Source of the DNA: Podarcis cretensis
Lineage: Eukaryota
Direction: 5' to 3'
Length of the DNA stretch: 64,000 nt
Assembly (NCBI GenBank): GCA_951804945.1
Contig: OX638150.1
Coordinates: 38,316,001 to 38,380,000 of the forward strand
Every line of letters begins with the position of its first letter. The first letter of the stretch is position 1. The position numbers were made by a program, and so were the translations under genes. Shown one piece after another: positions 61,176 to 64,000 of this stretch. The notes beneath the pieces were generated by a model. It had not been told where the DNA came from. It saw only the letters and a program-made list of their open reading frames with translations, and did no database searches.

Positions 61176-63875
61176 GGTATGTATTCTGAGTTACTGGAAG
61201 GTGTATGTGTGTGCTTGTGTGTGCGTGTGTGGGAAGCAGGGGTGCTCAGCAAGCCAAATTGGAGTAGATTCCCTTTCTGCCCTGCTTTCTGGCTTAGCCT
61301 CTTTCCATGCCCCAGAGGTGTCACAGTTCAACTCTTGCATGGGAGACTCCTGCACTGTGCTCACGAAGCAGCACACGAGCTCTGTACAGCCAGATAATTC
61401 ATCCGAAACACGGCGACACCTCCCCTTCCAATCAGTGCCTAGCTTTGGATTTAACTCTTCCACTGCGTGCCAACTCTGAAGCAGGGCTCTTTAGCTACTG
61501 TGCCTAAAAGAGTTATTTGAAGCTCTGTTTTACGTTTCGCACGCAGTTCAGCTGCTGTACACAAAGGCTTCCTTTGCTGTTAGGTTCATATCGCAACTGC
61601 ACACACATCTCATCCGCTTGCCCCACTGCCCCCCCCCCTCATTCCAGCTTTAAAAGCTGGGACTCGAGAAGCAAGGTGAGGAGGAAGTCTCTGCAGTGTT
61701 GTTGCTAACACACTGCAGGCATCCCCAAGGCTTCCTTCTGCGTCCATCTGCAAATTAGCAAAAGCACCAAAACAACACAACAAAAAACCCACCTGCATCA
61801 GACTGACAGTGAATGGAATGACCCAAAACAGAAGTATAGTGCACATGGAGTCAGCAGCCACCTATTTTAAAGTGTTTGTTTGGCATGCCATTCTGTCTGA
61901 GGCTACCGTGCAACAGTTAACAACATGATGGAACATGTCCTGCTTCACCATTCATTGTAACCTTATTGCTTTTATTTATGGGGGTTTTGTCCTTTGTAGT
62001 CCTTACCAGGGTTATCTCACACAAAGAAATATTTATGCCACATTGTCCAGTTTTACACAGAGTAACAAAAAATACCTCAAGGACAAACATAGCACAACAA
62101 CTTTATTCTAGGAAGAAGACTGCCTTAATACTCTCTGATAGAGAACAGTCCTGTCCCCCCGCATGTCTCCTTAATTTTTATGTGCAAAACTCCAGAGATC
62201 TAGAAATGCCACAATTTCTTTAGGCACCATTTTCTACCAGCTATGACATCTCTCCCGGAAAGCAGTCTATACGTGCTATGGTGCAATTTGAACACAAGCC
62301 TTTTTGCCTTTCTCTTTATGTCCCCCCCCCCCCCGACAGCTGCTATTGTTCTTTAAAATATCCTCACATATGTGAAACGGAATCCTTCAATACCCCTCAA
62401 AGGAAGCTTCTTGCTGATCCAGAATCTGAAAATGAGTCCATTTCCCTCAGATGTTCTAATCTCATGCTGACAAGGCAAGTAAATAAATTTTTAAATACCC
62501 CTCTTTGTTAGCATTAGTTGCCCACGCACAGCAGAAAAAAAGTATGCCCCAAACAGCAGATTGGCATTGGTCCAGCCGCAAAAGGAGAGCTGATGCTAGC
62601 ACCTGCGGAAAGAAGAACTGTGTAATGAAGAACTCTAAATCACCATCTCCTCTCCAAAATAAATGATGCTGCTTCTGACTCCCCTGATCTTTAAGGAGGG
62701 GGATATGTTATGGAGTTCCCCTCTACAATGCACTTTCATAATAAACTGCTAGACATAGTAGCAAATCTTAAGTCCTTGAGCTTCCAAACACTCAAGTTTT
62801 CTTGGTTAACACTGGCACACCTTAAATTCTTTCAACTTTCCTGCATTCTTGGTCTCACTCAGCTCCATGCTTTCCAGGGGGCCCAGTAGGTTCCCCACTG
62901 ATCACTCTACAACCAATACAAGAGCACTCACCTGTGTTGTAAGCTGCTGATTCATTTACGGGCCGATTGCCCAACAACTGCTGAAGCAGCCAGTTATGAA
63001 CCTGCAAAGCCATTAGGTCAGAGAGTAGCTGTTCCCTGGACCCACCAGCCATGCCCTCAAGTAAGACTAGAAAAGATCAGTAGGATCTTAAACCTACAAA
63101 GATACTCTTGATCCAGTATCCAAAACAGATCACCATCCAGAGTACTACAAAGAAGCAGCAGCACAGGTCAAGGTGGATTCATGCAAGAATCACCTACAGA
63201 TCAAGGTTCAAGAGTTTCCAAAGTGAGATATGCAACGCTACAGGAGATGTGTTGTATACTCTCGCTTAGGAAAGGCAGAGGTGAATTACTTCCTCAACTA
63301 CCTCCGCCTCTCTTCATAAAGACACTACTGTGTGATAACAAACTACTCACAGGGGCAAAGGAGAACAACTTTGCCAACAATTTAGCACTGGCTTCTCAGC
63401 CTCAGGGAGAGCAAGGGAGGAAGAGAAGATTTCAGAATATCACTCTCTTGATGTGCCCACTCCAGCCATATGCTTATTTTATAGACAGTGAAGACACGAT
63501 GCAAAATCTAGTTTTATTCTTCGCCTCTTTCCTGGTGACATCATTAAGGGGAGGAAGTGAGGGGAATGAGCAGGGAAGAAGAAGAGGGAAAAAGCACCCA
63601 CAGAGTCTACAAGGTCCTCAGAGCTTTTAAAACCAAGTTTTCCGTGTTCTCACATATGACCTGCTTGACTCAAGCAGAGCTCAGTGAACTGAAAGCAGAA
63701 ACATTTTCCGAACCATGGTCACGTAACAAATAATTGTCTTGTCAATGCACACTTTCTTCTCTGACATTTTGCAACACTTTTTAGTCAGCCCTTAAGAGTT
63801 TTTTTTTTTTTTTGTGAACTACTCTCACACATGCACGAACACCTCACCCATAGGAACACAGGAAGCTGCCTTATA

Positions 63876-64000
63876 GAGGAGGAGGAGGAGAAGAAGAAGA
63901 GTTTGGATTTGATATGCTGCTTTATCACTACCCGAAGGAGTCTCAAAGCGGCTAACATTCTCCTTTCCCTTCCTTCCCCACAACAAACACTCTGTGAGGT
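63876..64000 (-). mobile_element. 3' part of a squamate SINE with (CTT/CCT)n tail, truncated by the window edge
   Basis: tttatcactacccgaaggagtctcaaagcggctaacattctcc...cacaacaaacactctgtgaggt. Confidence 0.7.

Noticed and set aside
62855-62920. SGEPTGPPGKH resembling GAS7 exon 4 (SGTPAHPPETAH)
   Set aside because: In-frame stop follows, RKSTGDSQ is absent, and divergence is too high given how conserved the other exons are.
1-64000. Remaining 60-150 aa six-frame ORFs
   Set aside because: Intronic, UTR or repeat-derived chance frames, or antisense shadows of real exons; many lack ATG starts.

Overview
Vertebrate genomic DNA, most likely a squamate and probably a lacertid lizard, inferred from the repeat content (Sauria SINE, BovB, Squam-type SINEs, squamate L1/CR1 and MITEs). 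Two convergent multi-exon genes are present. GLP2R (+): coding exons 2-13 at 6524-21472, all GT-AG and in phase, 499 codons plus stop; exon 1 was not found. GAS7 (-): exons 5-14 at 61124-39830, with an in-frame 5' extension to an ATG at 61175 that gives a complete 336-aa short F-BAR isoform, and a probable ~9 kb 3'UTR. In mammals the gene order is GLP2R(+)-RCVRN(-)-GAS7(-). No intact recoverin gene is present here, but the - strand at ~28186-28595 carries a frameshifted, collinear fossil of RCVRN exon 1, with weaker exon 2 and exon 3 candidates at ~26.7 kb and ~23.2 kb. This apparent unitary recoverin pseudogene is the main finding. Also notable: GLP2R changes (W>L in the ligand-binding helix, a 7-aa longer ECL1, loss of the ancestral stop), a TSD-flanked ORF1/ORF2-tail non-autonomous L1, triple-nested transposons, and a MITE-plus-flank duplication in the GAS7 3'UTR. 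All alignments were done by eye against remembered reference proteins; no search was run.
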